The notes below the pieces were generated by a model that was not told the DNA's origin, made no database searches, and was given only the letters and a program-made list of their open reading frames with translations. A stretch of 62,756 nt of DNA, counting the filler, from Squatina squatina (lineage: Eukaryota): the NCBI GenBank assembly GCA_031763465.1. It is 4 parts of 4 records of this genome, joined end to end, with 100 filler letters (N's around TTAATTAATTAA, not from the genome) between each part and the next. Parts side by side here need not be neighbours in the genome. Positions count along the whole stretch, not along the records: positions 47,321 to 62,756 come from JARFOE010000073.1; 3 more parts are not named here. One strand, written 5' to 3'. A program made the translations under genes and the position numbers. Positions 49,761-62,756 of the stretch are shown here, one piece after another. The stretch's first letter is position 1, and each line of letters begins with the position of its first letter.

Positions 49761-52700
49761 TATGGGGCTCAGTAAGCAGACAAAGCGCAAGGACATTGGC
49801 CGGATCCTCTTTATGTTGCTTTCAGGTACTACTGGAAAATGTGTCCTGTCCCTCTCGGCAGCTCCCTTTCTGTCACCATCCACCACCACACATGAAAGGA
49901 AAGGAAGAAAATAGCAGAAGATGACACAGAGATGAGAAAAGATCAAGTGAAGTAGATACAGAGAGGAGCAGAACAGAAAGTGGAAGATACATCTATTTCT
50001 TGATGAGCCACACTGTTCCTTTGTTACATTACCTGTTCATAGAGTTCAGACCAGCTATCATAAAAGGACATTTTATCTTGAACTGTGGCCTCATGAGCAG
50101 AGAGAACAGTTCTCTGTACATCTGCAAATGTTCTTGGATTGGCTGCCATTCTGGAGGTAAAACAGAGAGCTGCTCAGAAACTATTCCTTCATTTCACCTT
50201 CCATGAACTGAGCAGCAACTGCATTTCATTGAAACCAGGTTATGTACGCATTTTAAACACATTAGTTCCTACTTTAAATATAGGTCATTTTGCATTGAAA
50301 TGTATGGAAAAAAATCGACTGCTTACAGGATTCAAATCCTAATAATTTTTATACTTTAAATAATTATTCTTAGAAATAGTATTAATTCTCATATTCTCTA
50401 CAACAAAACAAACAGAACTTATTAAGCAAACAATTTGGCTTAAAACCACAAATGTCTCCAGAAAAGTTCAAAGTGATATAAAATGGAAAAGAACTGGAAA
50501 ACAAACATATAAATGTGTATATCTAAGCTGCATAACTTCAATTTGTATATGATATGGAAAGCAAGAAATATTGTGGTGCAAACTAAACAGCAAGAATACT
50601 ATGGGCGCCCAATTCAGGGGGGTTTTTGGGTGCTAAATGAGCACTAAATCAACGTTAAGGGTGGCCAATTCGTATTTTGGGTGTTTGTAGCGCTAAGCTC
50701 CGAATTTAGCGCTGGGAATGGGACTCTTTGAAAATTTTCCTTCAAGCCTCCAATTAGCCACTTTAGATTTTGAGCGTTCANNNNNNNNNNNNNNNNNNNN
50801 NNNNNNNNNNNNNNNNNNNNNNNNNNNNNNNNNNNNNNNNNNNNNNNNNNNNNNNNNNNNNNNNNNNNNNNNNNNNNNNNACATTTCCATATTCATTCAA
50901 TGTAATGTAAGTTTAGCAAAGGGAATAATGTATTGATAAAGGTTCCCTGAAGTTACGCTGTAGTCTATCAGTATTTACAGTTGAGTTGTCCAGTGTCACA
51001 CCATGCCATACAGACCAGAAGGTTGCATTATAACTGGCCTCAATGTCCATGTGGTAAAGAGAGAAAAAAAATTATGATCGCTATCTAGTTACTTGTGCTA
51101 GAAAGTGGATGTCAGGCAATGTCAGGAATGGGCTTGTCTGTGATAGCCTGTCAATACTGTTTGGGCTCACATATTGGCTACTTAGTTGAGGTGTCTAAGA
51201 GCTGAGGTGCTCATGGAACTTACCCCAGCAACAGGCAATGCCTTCAAGAGAGATAATGGAAGAAATTTAACTGTGTTGCCTAACTTTCTCAACTGATGTA
51301 CTCTTGTCAAGTAAAAGGATCGTAATAAAAAGTGTTTTGCTCCATTGACTGGCAGAATCACCTATCTCCACTTGGTGGCAGAATAGACTCACTAAGCCTA
51401 ATGGGATCAAACTTTATAGCTGTTAAAAGCTTGAGCATTGCAGTGATAAAATATCGGCACATCAGATGAACTAATTTTCTTTGTATTCATTGTTTTCCTC
51501 TTCAAGGATGCTTATAGCAGCCTTTTATGGTCACTGGGAAAGCAGTCAGAATGATCCATTTGAGCTCCTGGCATTCCAAACAGCTGATTTTGGCATGTGG
51601 TGAGGTCTGCTATTAAACAGCCTGCAGGATGCAGGCCCAGCGCACAGCTGTGTCTGGTGCACAGGCTGACGCTGAACCTGGCTCCATGTGCACTGCAACC
51701 TGGGAACAATTTTCTTTTGTCCAATTTTTGCCAGAAATAAAACTGATTGTCACTAAAGAATGTACTGGGTAGAACTGGACTGCTTGAGAGAAAAGCCTAT
51801 CATGTTCAAAGACAAACTTGTAACCAGTCCAGTTAGTACAATAGTGGACATTAAAACTGCCTTTGGAGTTAGGACACTCTCTGAGAGTGTTGAGGTCAGC
51901 CTATGTTTAATTACAGAATGCTGCTACTAATGAGACTGCATTGATACTTCAGGAAGAAGTCAGGCTATAATCACAACTTTGTTTGGTCAGAGCTGTGCTG
52001 AGCATCTACCCAACTCTTTCCACCAACAATAAATGTGAAGAAGGGGAACTTGGGTGAAGAGAAGATGGCCTCGTGGAGGCTATAACAGACCAAGGTTTTT
52101 TTTGATTAGAAAAATAATTTCTCTGCAGCAACCCTGTCATTAGTAACAACTCAAGTTGATTGTCTCCAGAACGTGCTTCTTAATCATTTTTACAGTTTGG
52201 GCTCTTTCCTGAGTTGTGGTCATGGTAAAAAAAAAAATCATAAGGCCAATAAAAAAAAAAATTGTGTTTTTGAAAAAGATAAATTGTTTGAATACTTATT
52301 GAGTCGTTATAAAAATATTGGACATGGCGAGAGGTGGGGTGGGTGGGAAACTGACAAGTCACGAGTCATCCAATCAGGTAATAGAGTCTATTCACTTTCC
52401 AGTTGGCTGTGGGAAGGCGGAGCCCCTCGAAGGATGGACATGTCAGGCGACCAATGGCGGAAGTTTGGGGGCAGGGCGGCTGGAGGCAGTAGGCCATATG
52501 ATGAAACCCCCAGCAATGCAGCCAACCTGAGCTCTGGCCCAGGTCAAAACCTGGTGATCAGTATTGAAAATCATTGGTTACGCCAACCTGGTGTCAATAA
52601 TTGGTGCGATGGGAGTGGCNNNNNNNNNNNNNNNNNNNNNNNNNNNNNNNNNNNNNNNNNNNNNNNNNNNNNNNNNNNNNNNNNNNNNNNNNNNNNNNNN

Positions 52701-53330
52701 NNNNNNNNNNNNNNNNNNNACGTTTGATTATGGTAGTGTTACATGTCTATGTTTCAAGCTGTTTTTAGTTTTGAAGCACTCACGGGGACTCTGTTACCAG
52801 GCATACTTAAGGGGTCTAAAACAGACATGCCAGCTGGCAACACTGTGTGGATGTTGGCATACTTAGCTGCTGATGAAGTGACTGTTTTTCAGTTTGTATC
52901 CCAGCCTCTGCTCTCAATCTGCTTTCGCTGCTGAGATACCAAAGCATGATATCACTGCCTGCCAAGGGAGGCAGTGAATGCCAGGACCTGGGGTCCCATT
53001 AGATCCCTCCTAAATATTTGTTTATTAAATTGGTAGAGTGAAACAATCTGGTAATGGGTATTATAACAGCAAGCAAACCTCACGGTTCACTGACCAAAGT
53101 TGAGAAGCGGCTGCTTGCTTGACATTATCAGAATTGGACACTTCTAAACACTATTTAGAATAAAATTATTCCTGACCCATATATTCTAAATAGTTCTTTA
53201 TCGCACAGCATGTAGATAAAATATATCCAANNNNNNNNNNNNNNNNNNNNNNNNNNNNNNNNNNNNNNNNNNNNNNNNNNNNNNNNNNNNNNNNNNNNNN
53301 NNNNNNNNNNNNNNNNNNNNNNNNNNNNNN

Positions 53331-53750
53331 CTTGGAGTCTGGAGTTAATGTTAAAGATGCCTGGGCCACTCCTACCAGACTGTATACCACTTTCTCCCCA
53401 CCTCTGGTGGATCTATCCTGCTGGTGGGACAGGACATGTCCAGGGATGATAACAGAGGACCCTGAGGTGTTAGCTGATAGAATGACACTATGAAAATGAC
53501 TGGGGCCATGAATTTTCTCAGAACTCCCACTCCACTGTTGTAACTTTGCTGGAATGAAGCAGAAACCCTGTTTACGCACATGAACGGGGTTTCAGGCAAA
53601 AACTTTGGTGGCAGACAAGGGCAGCTCTGAGGAAATGACTGCATTATGACAGGCTGTTTGTCAACTAGTCAGTGGGACTGTTTTCCAAACTGGGTACCAG
53701 TCTCAGGATGTAAGTAAGAAGGATTTTGCAAGGTTGACTGGGCTGAGATT
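53331..53750 (-). mobile_element. LINE APE endonuclease fragment, interrupted by another insertion
   Basis: VILSANTSGSSVIIPGHVLSHQQDRSTRGGEKVVYS resembles the I.GY....R.DR..RGGG...Y endonuclease motif. Confidence 0.7.
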
Positions 53751-56700
53751 ACCTAAATCTTGTCTTGATACATATGTCCATTTAATTCTTTCCTTCATAA
53801 CAATTATTTACAATGGATTTAAAACTGAGCTGGGTGTAAATGGCTGTTAATTTGTATCGTCCATTTTGTGTTACCACCGAAGACCAACCTGATGCCCTAA
53901 CAGTCTAACATGGGTGGGATGTTACTTGTATGCCAGCCCAGGTAGTGGCAGCATGTTCCCTTCTTTGTGAAACATTACTGTATCAGATATGACAATCCAA
54001 CAGCATTCATGATTATTTTCCTGGTACTAGCTCACAAATTACCAGATGTATTAAATTTAATTTCACAACACCCCATGGCGGAATTTGAATTCCTGACTTC
54101 TGGATTACTAGACCAGGGCCAGTACCTTTGTGTAAGAAATGTTTGGCAAATCTGCCAGACTGGGTAGTAGAGATGAAAGCATTTTTTCAAAATGCAGCTC
54201 AATGTAATATGAGAGAGTTAGCTTTTAAGGGATGAGTTTTGATAGGTTGATAGGTCTTTTCTTGTTGTTGATTGTCGTTAAATATAATTCTAATATTTTG
54301 TATTAAGCAATTTTTTCCTGGTTGCAGGTTTAGTGATCAGTAAATTTCACTGCCCTTCTTTATTTAACTTCTTTTTCCATATTTTATTTCCACTGACAAT
54401 TGTCCAGAAGCCAAGAGTCATGCCAAGCACATGTTCCAAATGCTAATGGCTGGCCTATTCACGAAGGAAATTTTGAAAAATATCTACTTAGTTTGGCACT
54501 GCCAATGTGAGTCTAGTCCCAATGGTGTGTAATGAGGAGATGTCTGCAACGATTAAAGAAATTCTGAGGTCAATAGGACTCGGGAGTTGTTTGAGCATGA
54601 GTGACATCGAACAATGAAGGTGATGTGTGCTACAAAAAGGAACTATGGATTGAACTGAAACTGGATAGTCCCCCAATAGCAGTTTGGCCATACCAAGAAG
54701 ATGACCAGCACTTTGTTTCCTGAGTGTAATCACTGAGATATCTGGTTATAAGAGGGGTGTGTGGAACATGGAGATCTCCCAAGAGTTAAGCAGTCTAATA
54801 ATGTTTCTTGATTTTGTAAATATGCAGTAAAAAAACCAGGCTTTTATATATTTATATTAAAAATAGAAAACAACTTGTTCCTGGCAGGAGTAAAGCAATT
54901 TTTCTGAGATGCAGTCATGACTGCTTTAGCTGGATGAATTAGCGGCAATAATGTAGAAATTTGTTCTAAAAATATATGTGGGTACAGACAACACACAGCA
55001 AAAAAGTATCAAGCTGAAGAGAAATAACAGGGCTAGAAAGCAATAGCATAAACCTAGGAACAGCATCTTTTTCCTTTTATGTACAAACAGTGCACATCCA
55101 GCCATGTTGGCACTCATTTGTCTTCCACCAGAAAGACTTATGAGCAATCTCATTCAGCTGGGGTCAGAATGGGAAGTGATCTTCTAAAAATTGGGAAGAA
55201 ACAACAGTGAGTCAGAGGGGAATGGTCTGCCCTTTATCAGGGATGAAGGAACATGAGGTGAGAACAGATGATGACCATATCTAGATGTGAAACACATTGT
55301 AAGAGGGTTGTTCAGCATTAGATGATAATAGAAGGGAACAATTCAGTATAGAAGCATATGGGAATCATTTCATGAATGGATCACATAGTGAGGATAATTA
55401 AGATTGGGCAACTCTCTCAGTTTATGTACTTACAAAGGGCGTCACTATGATCTATTGATGAGATGCAGTATAATGTGGATAAATGTGAGGTTATCCACTT
55501 TGGTGGCAAGAACAAGAAGGCAGATTATTATCTGAATNNNNNNNNNNNNNNNNNNNNNNNNNNNNNNNNNNNNNNNNNNNNNNNNNNNNNNNNNNNNNNN
55601 NNNNNNNNNNNNNNNNNNNNNNNNNNNNNNNNNNNNNTAGGCTAGGTAGGGACCCTGGATTCAGGCGTTAAGGGTAAAGGCACTTACCTCCTGGATCCAG
55701 CAGTTCTCGCTTCGCTTTAGCTGGCAGGTTTTACAAGGTGTGTAAAACCTAACCAGCTAAAGTTAAATAAAAATGGAGGTTAAAAAAGAGGCTTCCAGTC
55801 TCAATATTTAAATAGACGACCCGTCTCTTGGCAGTGGATTGGTTGCTCATCTCCCGTCCCACCTCTGTTCCAACAGGAAGTGGATAGATTGGAGGCGGGT
55901 TCAAGCCAGGATTACTATTTTTAACACTACCCCCACGCCTCCAATCCACCTGTTCTTACCTATGAAAATTTCGGCTTAGGTATATCAGGAAGTGCTTTAT
56001 TAAAGGTTGTGAGAATGCCAGGCAGAGTGGTGTATCAGTTAGGGACAGAGAGCCCCTGGTTCATCTCCATTATGCAGACTGTGGCAAAATTACTGAACTG
56101 TATCCTCACATGGTAAGAGAAGTTAGTAAAGGCAGGTTGTAGAAACAAACTTATTTGTAAAAGTTGATGGTAAACAAATATTTGAAACACACAGGCACCA
56201 AGTCTTTGCTGTTAAATAATAATGATATGCACTCTCTGCAGTGTACAGATGGAGTCAGCACAAAGGATGGACGTGGGACGGGGGGCTTCTCCTCTTTGGA
56301 TGAAATTAATCTCATTATAATGGGAACAACCCAGAAACTTGGCAATGATTTTTGAAGGTTTCTGTGTTCAAAGTTTATTTGTAGAACTCATCCAGCTGTA
56401 CAAACAGACATCTGACATGAGCAAAACAAGACCTCCTTAGTCAGAGGCCGAAACTAATAAATCCTAATAATGAATAACGGGCCTTTTTTGTGTATAGTCC
56501 ACTCTGGAAGATGTTAAATAATCACGCAAATTCCCAGTATTTCGAGCATGTAGAGTTCTTGATGTGAAGCAGAGTATGTAATCTTGGATCTAGTGTGTTT
56601 GGTCTTAGTATGAGATTGTGCATTTAAATCGTGGAGAGTGTGCATTGGATCCCTGGTGATGCCGAGATGGAGATGGAGATGGAGGTGGTACTTGTGACTG

Positions 56701-57229
56701 CTGCTAACCAACAGATGCTTATGCAGGGGCTAAGGTCATCCAAGAACTTTTGGCAGACAATGAGCCTGATATTAACCCCTGCCCGCCACAATAGGCGGGA
56801 GCAAGTTTGGTGGGGCGGGGGGTGGATGGCGGCGGTTAAATATGCAAACCGTGACCCTAACCCACTGTGCAGACGCCCACCTCCTTTTACAGCGGCAGAT
56901 ATCGGGGCATCCAAGAATCCCGCCATGGAGAGGTGGACGGTCATTAACATGTTTAAATGAGACTCTTTTAATTGGAATTAGCAGTTGCTGCATGGGTTTC
57001 TGGCAGTGAAACCAAGGCGAGATTGAGCGACACTTTATCAGAGTGGATAAAGATCAGGAAGTCATGTATGAATAAAGCTTCAGTGTTCACAGCTGGTTTC
57101 TCAATTCCATCTGGAACATGGTTTGGTGAGAGTATTTGGTGTGGGAGAATTATTTGTAGAGTTTTGAGATGATTGCACAGAGAACTTCGCAATGGGTGGC
57201 ATCATGGCTGCTTTTGATTCGACTTCAAA

Positions 57230-57735
57230 TGAGAAAGAGAATGAACAAGCAAACTACAAAGGTATGAGGGGCGAATTGGCTGTGGTAGATTGGGAAACTA
57301 CATTAAAAAGTATGATGCTAGACAAGCAATGAATTTAAAGAGTTNNNNNNNNNNAAGAGTTAATACATAATTTACAATAAATATACATTCCTTTAAGGCA
57401 CAAAAGCCCAACAGGAAAAGTGGTCCAACTGTGGCTAACAAGAGAAGTTATAGATAGTATTAGATCAAAGGAAGAGACGTATAAAGTTGCAAAAAAGTAG
57501 TAAGCCTGAGGATTGGGAGGATTTTAGAATTCAGCAAACGGGAACCACAAAATTGATAAAGGGAAAATAGAATAAGAGTAAACAAGCGAGAAATATAAAA
57601 ATGGACTGTAAAACCTTCTATAGGTATGTAAAAAGGAAAAGATTAGCAAAAGTAAATGCGGGTGCCTTACAGGCTGAGACAGGAGAATTTATAATGGGGA
57701 ATAAAAAAATGGCAGAGAAATTAAACAAATACTTT
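57230..57735 (+). mobile_element. CR1 LINE ORF2 tether-region fragment
   Basis: KANYKGMRGELAVVDWE...WLTREV...DCKTFYRYVKRKRLAKVN.G.LQAETGEFIMGNKKMAEKLNKYF. Confidence 0.85.
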
Positions 57736-60514
57736 GGGGCCGAAATTGCCTGCCTTCGCGCTCAGAATGCGTACTGGGTGGCAGTTTNNNNNNNNNNNNN
57801 NNNNNNNNNNNNNNNNNNNNNNNNNNNNNNNNNNNNNNNNNNNNNNNNNNNNNNNNNNNNNNNNNNNNNNNNNNNNNNNNNNNNNNNATAGAAGAGCCCA
57901 GCTGTGCATGCCCAACTGTGGAGGCAGAAGACAGCAAATTTAAGTGGCTCCTGGACCCTCAGGTATGTTCGTGGAGAGATTTGCGATCGGAGGCATCCGC
58001 ATGCAGGAAGCCTCCGGTCGTAAATTCAGCCTCATTTTCTATTACTTTGTAATGCTCTGTAATTTACCATATTAAGCTGCCCAATTATTATTTTCTAATG
58101 GATTCAAACCTCCTTTCTCAAACTTGTATTACCTCATTCTATCCAATTTCAAACTAGCATTTTCACATGACTGATAATACTCCCATCGAGCTGTCCCAGT
58201 ACAGGATTGATGACACTTGCATGGTAATGTCCCTCTATAGGATTTTTGATGCTTCTATCTGGTGAATTTCTCATACTGCCATCCATACTATAGTGTTGAT
58301 AATACTCCTACAATACAATTCCAATACAGGACTGGTGATGCTCCTTAGTATCATCATTAGCACATATGTGGTTAGACTCCATTCTCAGTATGTTGTTGCT
58401 CTCATCATGCCATCCCACTACAAAGCTGGGAGCACTCCTCATAGTGCCATCTTTAGAACTGGGCTCATGGCACGCCATAGTTCTGAGTAGAGAGTCTCGT
58501 GCACGTCTTTGGCTTCTGATTTCAGACAGGATTCACAGGCCCCTCACAAAGCTTGTCGCATTTGCCTCAGATTGAGTGCCAGCTGGACTGTGCAAAAAGC
58601 CATTCTGGTCTTGTGAAGTTTAAATCAAATTTACAATTTACACAGTTTGTAAATCCCTTAGAGAATTTTTGAGCAATTTGTATGCTCCAAAGGTTTGGCA
58701 TCTTTGAATTGTTTCCGTGCTCTTATGGAAATTCAGTACTCACTCGGAGGGCTCATTAAAATCAAATCATATTACAGTTTGCAAAACCTGAACCTTATTA
58801 TGTGGCTTAAGATGATGCAGAAACTTTAAATATTTGAATAAAGTTGTTATTCCATGCGATATGATTTCTGATAGTTCTTCGGTCTAGGATAGAGTTTCAA
58901 AATTCATCTGAAGAAAAGATTTTTTCAGTGTGTAATGTATCTGTTTATGTGCTTGGATCTGAGTAACTTCAAGTCCCAAGTGGCTGTTTCACTATGTGCC
59001 AATTTAGAAGATGTTTTACAATGCAGACAACTCTCTTGCTTCAGTTTCACAAGCCAGACCTGAAACCCTGCACCAAGCACTGGGGTCAGCATTCAGTATC
59101 AGGATCTCAACTCTGTCTTGGCTCAAACATGCAGACTTGGGGCTCAGCATTTCAGCACTAAGGTCTGAAAGTCCCTACTTCACTTCTACACATCCTAATA
59201 TTCTCAAGTTCTAAACTAAATACTTAACTCAAAAAGTGTATATACATCAAATAGCTGACGAAAAAACTTGGGAGTGTGCTGGAAGGCAATATCTGGATAC
59301 TGGATATGGGAACACATGCTCATATTATTCAGGGTTCAGTGCCTACAATGGGTGCGTGCTGTGAGGCAAGCAGATGCTTCTGAAACTTTGCACCTTCAGT
59401 ACTCGGGTTATGGGGGAATTTTAACTTTTGGATCCGCCAGGTGTGGGGGTGAGGGGGTGCCCCCGTAGCGCGCGGGAAACACGGAAGTCCGGATCTCCCC
59501 GCTCGCTGTGGAATTTTNNNNNNNNNNNNNNNNNNNNNNNNNNNNNNNNNNNNNNNNNNNNNNNNNNNNNNNNNNNNNNNNNNNNNNNNNNNNNNNNNNN
59601 NNNNNNNNNNNNNNNNNAGTCTGTGCACCCTAGCCAATTATCCTCTGTCCTTTAACCCCACTTCACCTGAAGCCTACACTTAGCCTTGACTCTCCATGTG
59701 CAGTGCCTTGAGAGATTGACTAGTTATGTATATGAAAATAAAAGGACAAAAACAAAATGGATAAAATATGACAGATTAACGAGAAAATAAAAAATAAATT
59801 GAAGGGATGCTATCATATGGTAAAATATCTTCCTGCAGTCCCACATTTGTCTGGCAGGCTCCTTTCCTTCTTCCAGGCCCCCATTCAAATGATTCTGGCA
59901 GGCTTCTTCTTCCTCAAGGCTCAGCTTCAACTGTCTCTGGCAAGTTTCCTTCATTCCTCAGGCCTCTCTCATTCAAATGTCCCTTTAGGATCAGTTCAAA
60001 TGTCTCCGATTGTCTTTTCTCATTCGAAGCCCAGCTTCATCAAGTATTTACCCTTTGTCTTTACAAATACTGGCTGTAAAAACTCACACACACTTTTTAT
60101 GCTTATGGAGTACTCTTCCAGGCACATTATCAATCATTGAGCGTGACAACAACAATTTGGTTTTAAAATGTGACCTATTTTGATTTGTTACCCTGAAAAC
60201 AAACAATACCTTATCACTTTATATTTTAAATGTTCTTGCAATCTGTGTCCCTCTTACTGATCTTGGGTATCATTTCCAACACTTTGCTAGTGGCGACAAC
60301 TCTCTGCATTGCCACCTGAGTCTCTGAACCTTATGCACCAAAATTCAAATGCAGAATTAATTCCTATACCAGAAGGTTCTGATTCGCACCTCTGTTCAAT
60401 CTATCTGCACTCACAGCAACGATCAGCATCACATTTATGAAGCACCTGTCCCTGTTACAATCACCTCTGGCTGCACCCAGTTGTTATGCCACCTAATATA
60501 CCAAAAAAAACACA

Positions 60515-61000
60515 GCAGACTTCAATTCCAGACCATATTGTACTTGATTAATTTCCAAATCATTCTGGAATCAATTTACTATCAAACCTTTATTGGACTT
60601 AATTCAATTCCAGACACAATTGGAATCAGTTGTATCGGATAATACTGTATTCAATTTACTTCCAGACTATTTTGACATAATTTGCTTCCAGACTTCATTG
60701 AAAACTAATCACATCTGGACTGTTTCAGTCATCATTCGCTCCTGGACTGCATCATATTCAATTCACATTCCACCCAGTATCAGACTCAATTCCCTTACAG
60801 ACCATGTCACACTCAGCTCACTCCAGACTGTCAGACTTGATTCACTTACNNNNNNNNNNGTGAATAACAAGCACCATTAATTTCCAGACCACTGGTTCTC
60901 TTTCAGACATTATTAGACTAAATTAAATTTCAGACTATTTCAGACTGCCTTTATTTTTAAATAGCATAAGACTGAATTCACATCCAGATTATATTATCAG
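60515..61000. repeat. Highly degenerate minisatellite, about 25-30 bp period
   Basis: Recurrent aattca/aatttc...ccagac(t/c) motifs throughout the tract. Confidence 0.6.
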
Positions 61001-61126
61001 CAGTTGGATACTGATGGGTTCAGGGACCTCTTCAACCACTGCACTTCATGTTCTGACAATGACATTAAGGCTTCCTGCTGTATACATCCTTCTGAAACCT
61101 ATTGTCAAAATTTAGTAACAGTGTTA

Positions 61127-61722
61127 GGCCTAGAAATTGGCCTCCTTTGCGCCTCGACTTACTGATCAGGCACGGCATAGGAAACGACTACCGCTAAATT
61201 CCCCATGAGGTTTGCGGCAGCTGTAACCCGAGTGCCACGATCTCCTGCGCCCAGAGATCGTGATGTCATTGACTTGCACGTCGCCCCAGTAGTGCCCCAG
61301 ACCCGAACTTCGGTTCTGCCCTCTTCAGCATCGCTGGGCAACCAACATTGATGGCTGTAGGAGGCGTCATTCAGGAGGCCAGGATCTTGGGGGCACAATT
61401 TAAAGAGGATGTTGGTGCAGGAGAGAAAATATTTTGCTGATGCATAATGGCCATTTTTCAGAATTTTCTGCGGCCATGATCGATCACCCGACACTCTGAT
61501 CAGGCTGGATCATGGCTGCTGTCGGCGATGAGGTACCTTGTTCCAATGTAGAGCCTGCAGAGATGGGCCGTCCCTTTAAGGGAGTGAAGGAGCCGTGGAT
61601 CCCAGCAACTCTGGACGGGACATTGTGCAGGACGGGACATTGTGCAGCACTGCACCGCTACTGCTCCTCCTGCGTGGTTTAGCACTCCAAGGGAAGCAGT
61701 AGCACTTGATTCACTTCCTTCT
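61127..61722. mobile_element. GC-rich DNA transposon fragment (Harbinger-like terminus)
   Basis: Abrupt GC rise starting at ggcctagaaattgg after tta; a near-identical terminus is inverted at about 31385-31398 (ccaatttctagggc). Confidence 0.5.
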
Positions 61723-62756
61723 NNNNNNNNNNNNNNNNNNNNNNNNNNNNNNNNNNNNNNNNNNNNNNNNNNNNNNNNNNNNNNNNNNNNNNNNNNNNNN
61801 NNNNNNNNNNNNNNNNNNNNNNGAAAAAGCATATTATCATTAAAGTACAGCCCTAGCCACATTCCAGACTTCCGATCAGTCAACAGAAGCATTCTCAATG
61901 ATTTATATTACCAGACCTGTTTCAGTGGGCTTCATTCTACATAACGTTAAGCAAGATAACTTGAAATAAATACATGAGCCAGTACATCCCAAAATACTGA
62001 CTGTTATTATTACTGAAGCTGCAGAAAAGCAGGGTCAGCCATTTTCCCCATACTCAAGGGGCCAGACCCAAATGTGTACTGCCAGAAGCAAGAGTGGCAA
62101 AACTCCAAACTCTCTCCCATGGTTCAGGTATTAGAAAGAAAGGCTGAGTTTAGATTATTATCTACTTTTGCATTCAATTTTCTCTTATAAGATATTGTTT
62201 AGATGGTGTCTCTCTATCCAATTATCTTTTATTTTCCAATTGGCTTCTCTCCAAATGACTATTTTCTTCATTTTCCAGTCCCATCTCTGTGGCAAATCTT
62301 GGGTGAGGCCTTCCCAGGATCAGAAAAGGAAACCGTAGCTTCCTAAGCCAAGTACAACATAACTCTTTCATCACCCTCATTAGCAGTTCCTGTTGCAAAC
62401 AATTTTCTCTTTTGTTTCCTCCCCATCTCTTCACTACGCTGGTTGTTACATCAGTTATTTGGGAAAGTAATTGATCAGTTTAACCTCAGAACTTAAACAT
62501 TTTGAAATTTTCAATTTTTTAAAACTTATCCTTTTTCCAGCCAATTAAACGGGAATGAGAGATGCATAAACTCAAGATCCAAAATGTAGTCCATGATAAA
62601 TGAAAAATGGGATTACTGCATTTATTTAACTGGGTTAGGCTTAATTTTAATATTGGAGGTAAGCTCCCAGGAGTGGTGATACCTCTGATTGTGAGCTTGT
62701 TGTTTGGGGGTGGAGGCGGGGCAAGTGGGGTAATTGCATGCTACTGCTACAGGTCT

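Noticed and set aside
56595-56700. QQSQVPPPSPSPSRHHQ...ISY-stop as a terminal exon
   Set aside because: Driven by a short (GGAGAT)n repeat; weak acceptor and no homology recognised.

Overview
Eukaryotic (cartilaginous fish, most likely shark) draft-assembly DNA, rich in repeats and broken by many ~100-N gaps. Three artificial spacers (N44-TTAATTAATTAA-N44 at 13005-13104, 33524-33623, 47221-47320) show the window is four concatenated scaffolds. Scaffold 1 (1-13004) holds the penultimate coding exon of cingulin (CGN) and a GC-rich fragment of the POGZ HTH/DDE exon. Scaffold 2 (13105-33523) holds exons of PPP1R1C (+) converging on three catalytic-domain exons of PDE1A (-). Scaffold 3 (33624-47220) holds a Harbinger transposase relic, a CR1 ORF1 fragment and several orphan candidate micro-exons. 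Scaffold 4 (47321-62756) starts with a decayed endogenous retroelement: a non-gamma-type, fusion-protein-like env, a decayed downstream ORF and a PPT/LTR start. There are two main observations. First, the shark PPP1R1C locus carries both the inhibitor-1/DARPP-32 PKA site exon (RRRPTPA) and a G-substrate (PPP1R17)-type PKG site exon (KPRRKDTPxxHxPPxxxG), suggesting a composite ancestral cAMP/cGMP phosphatase inhibitor. Second, the env relic looks lokiretrovirus-like and may be followed by an accessory gene. Gene and repeat assignments come from manual translation and recalled family sequences, not database searches; repeat boundaries are approximate.
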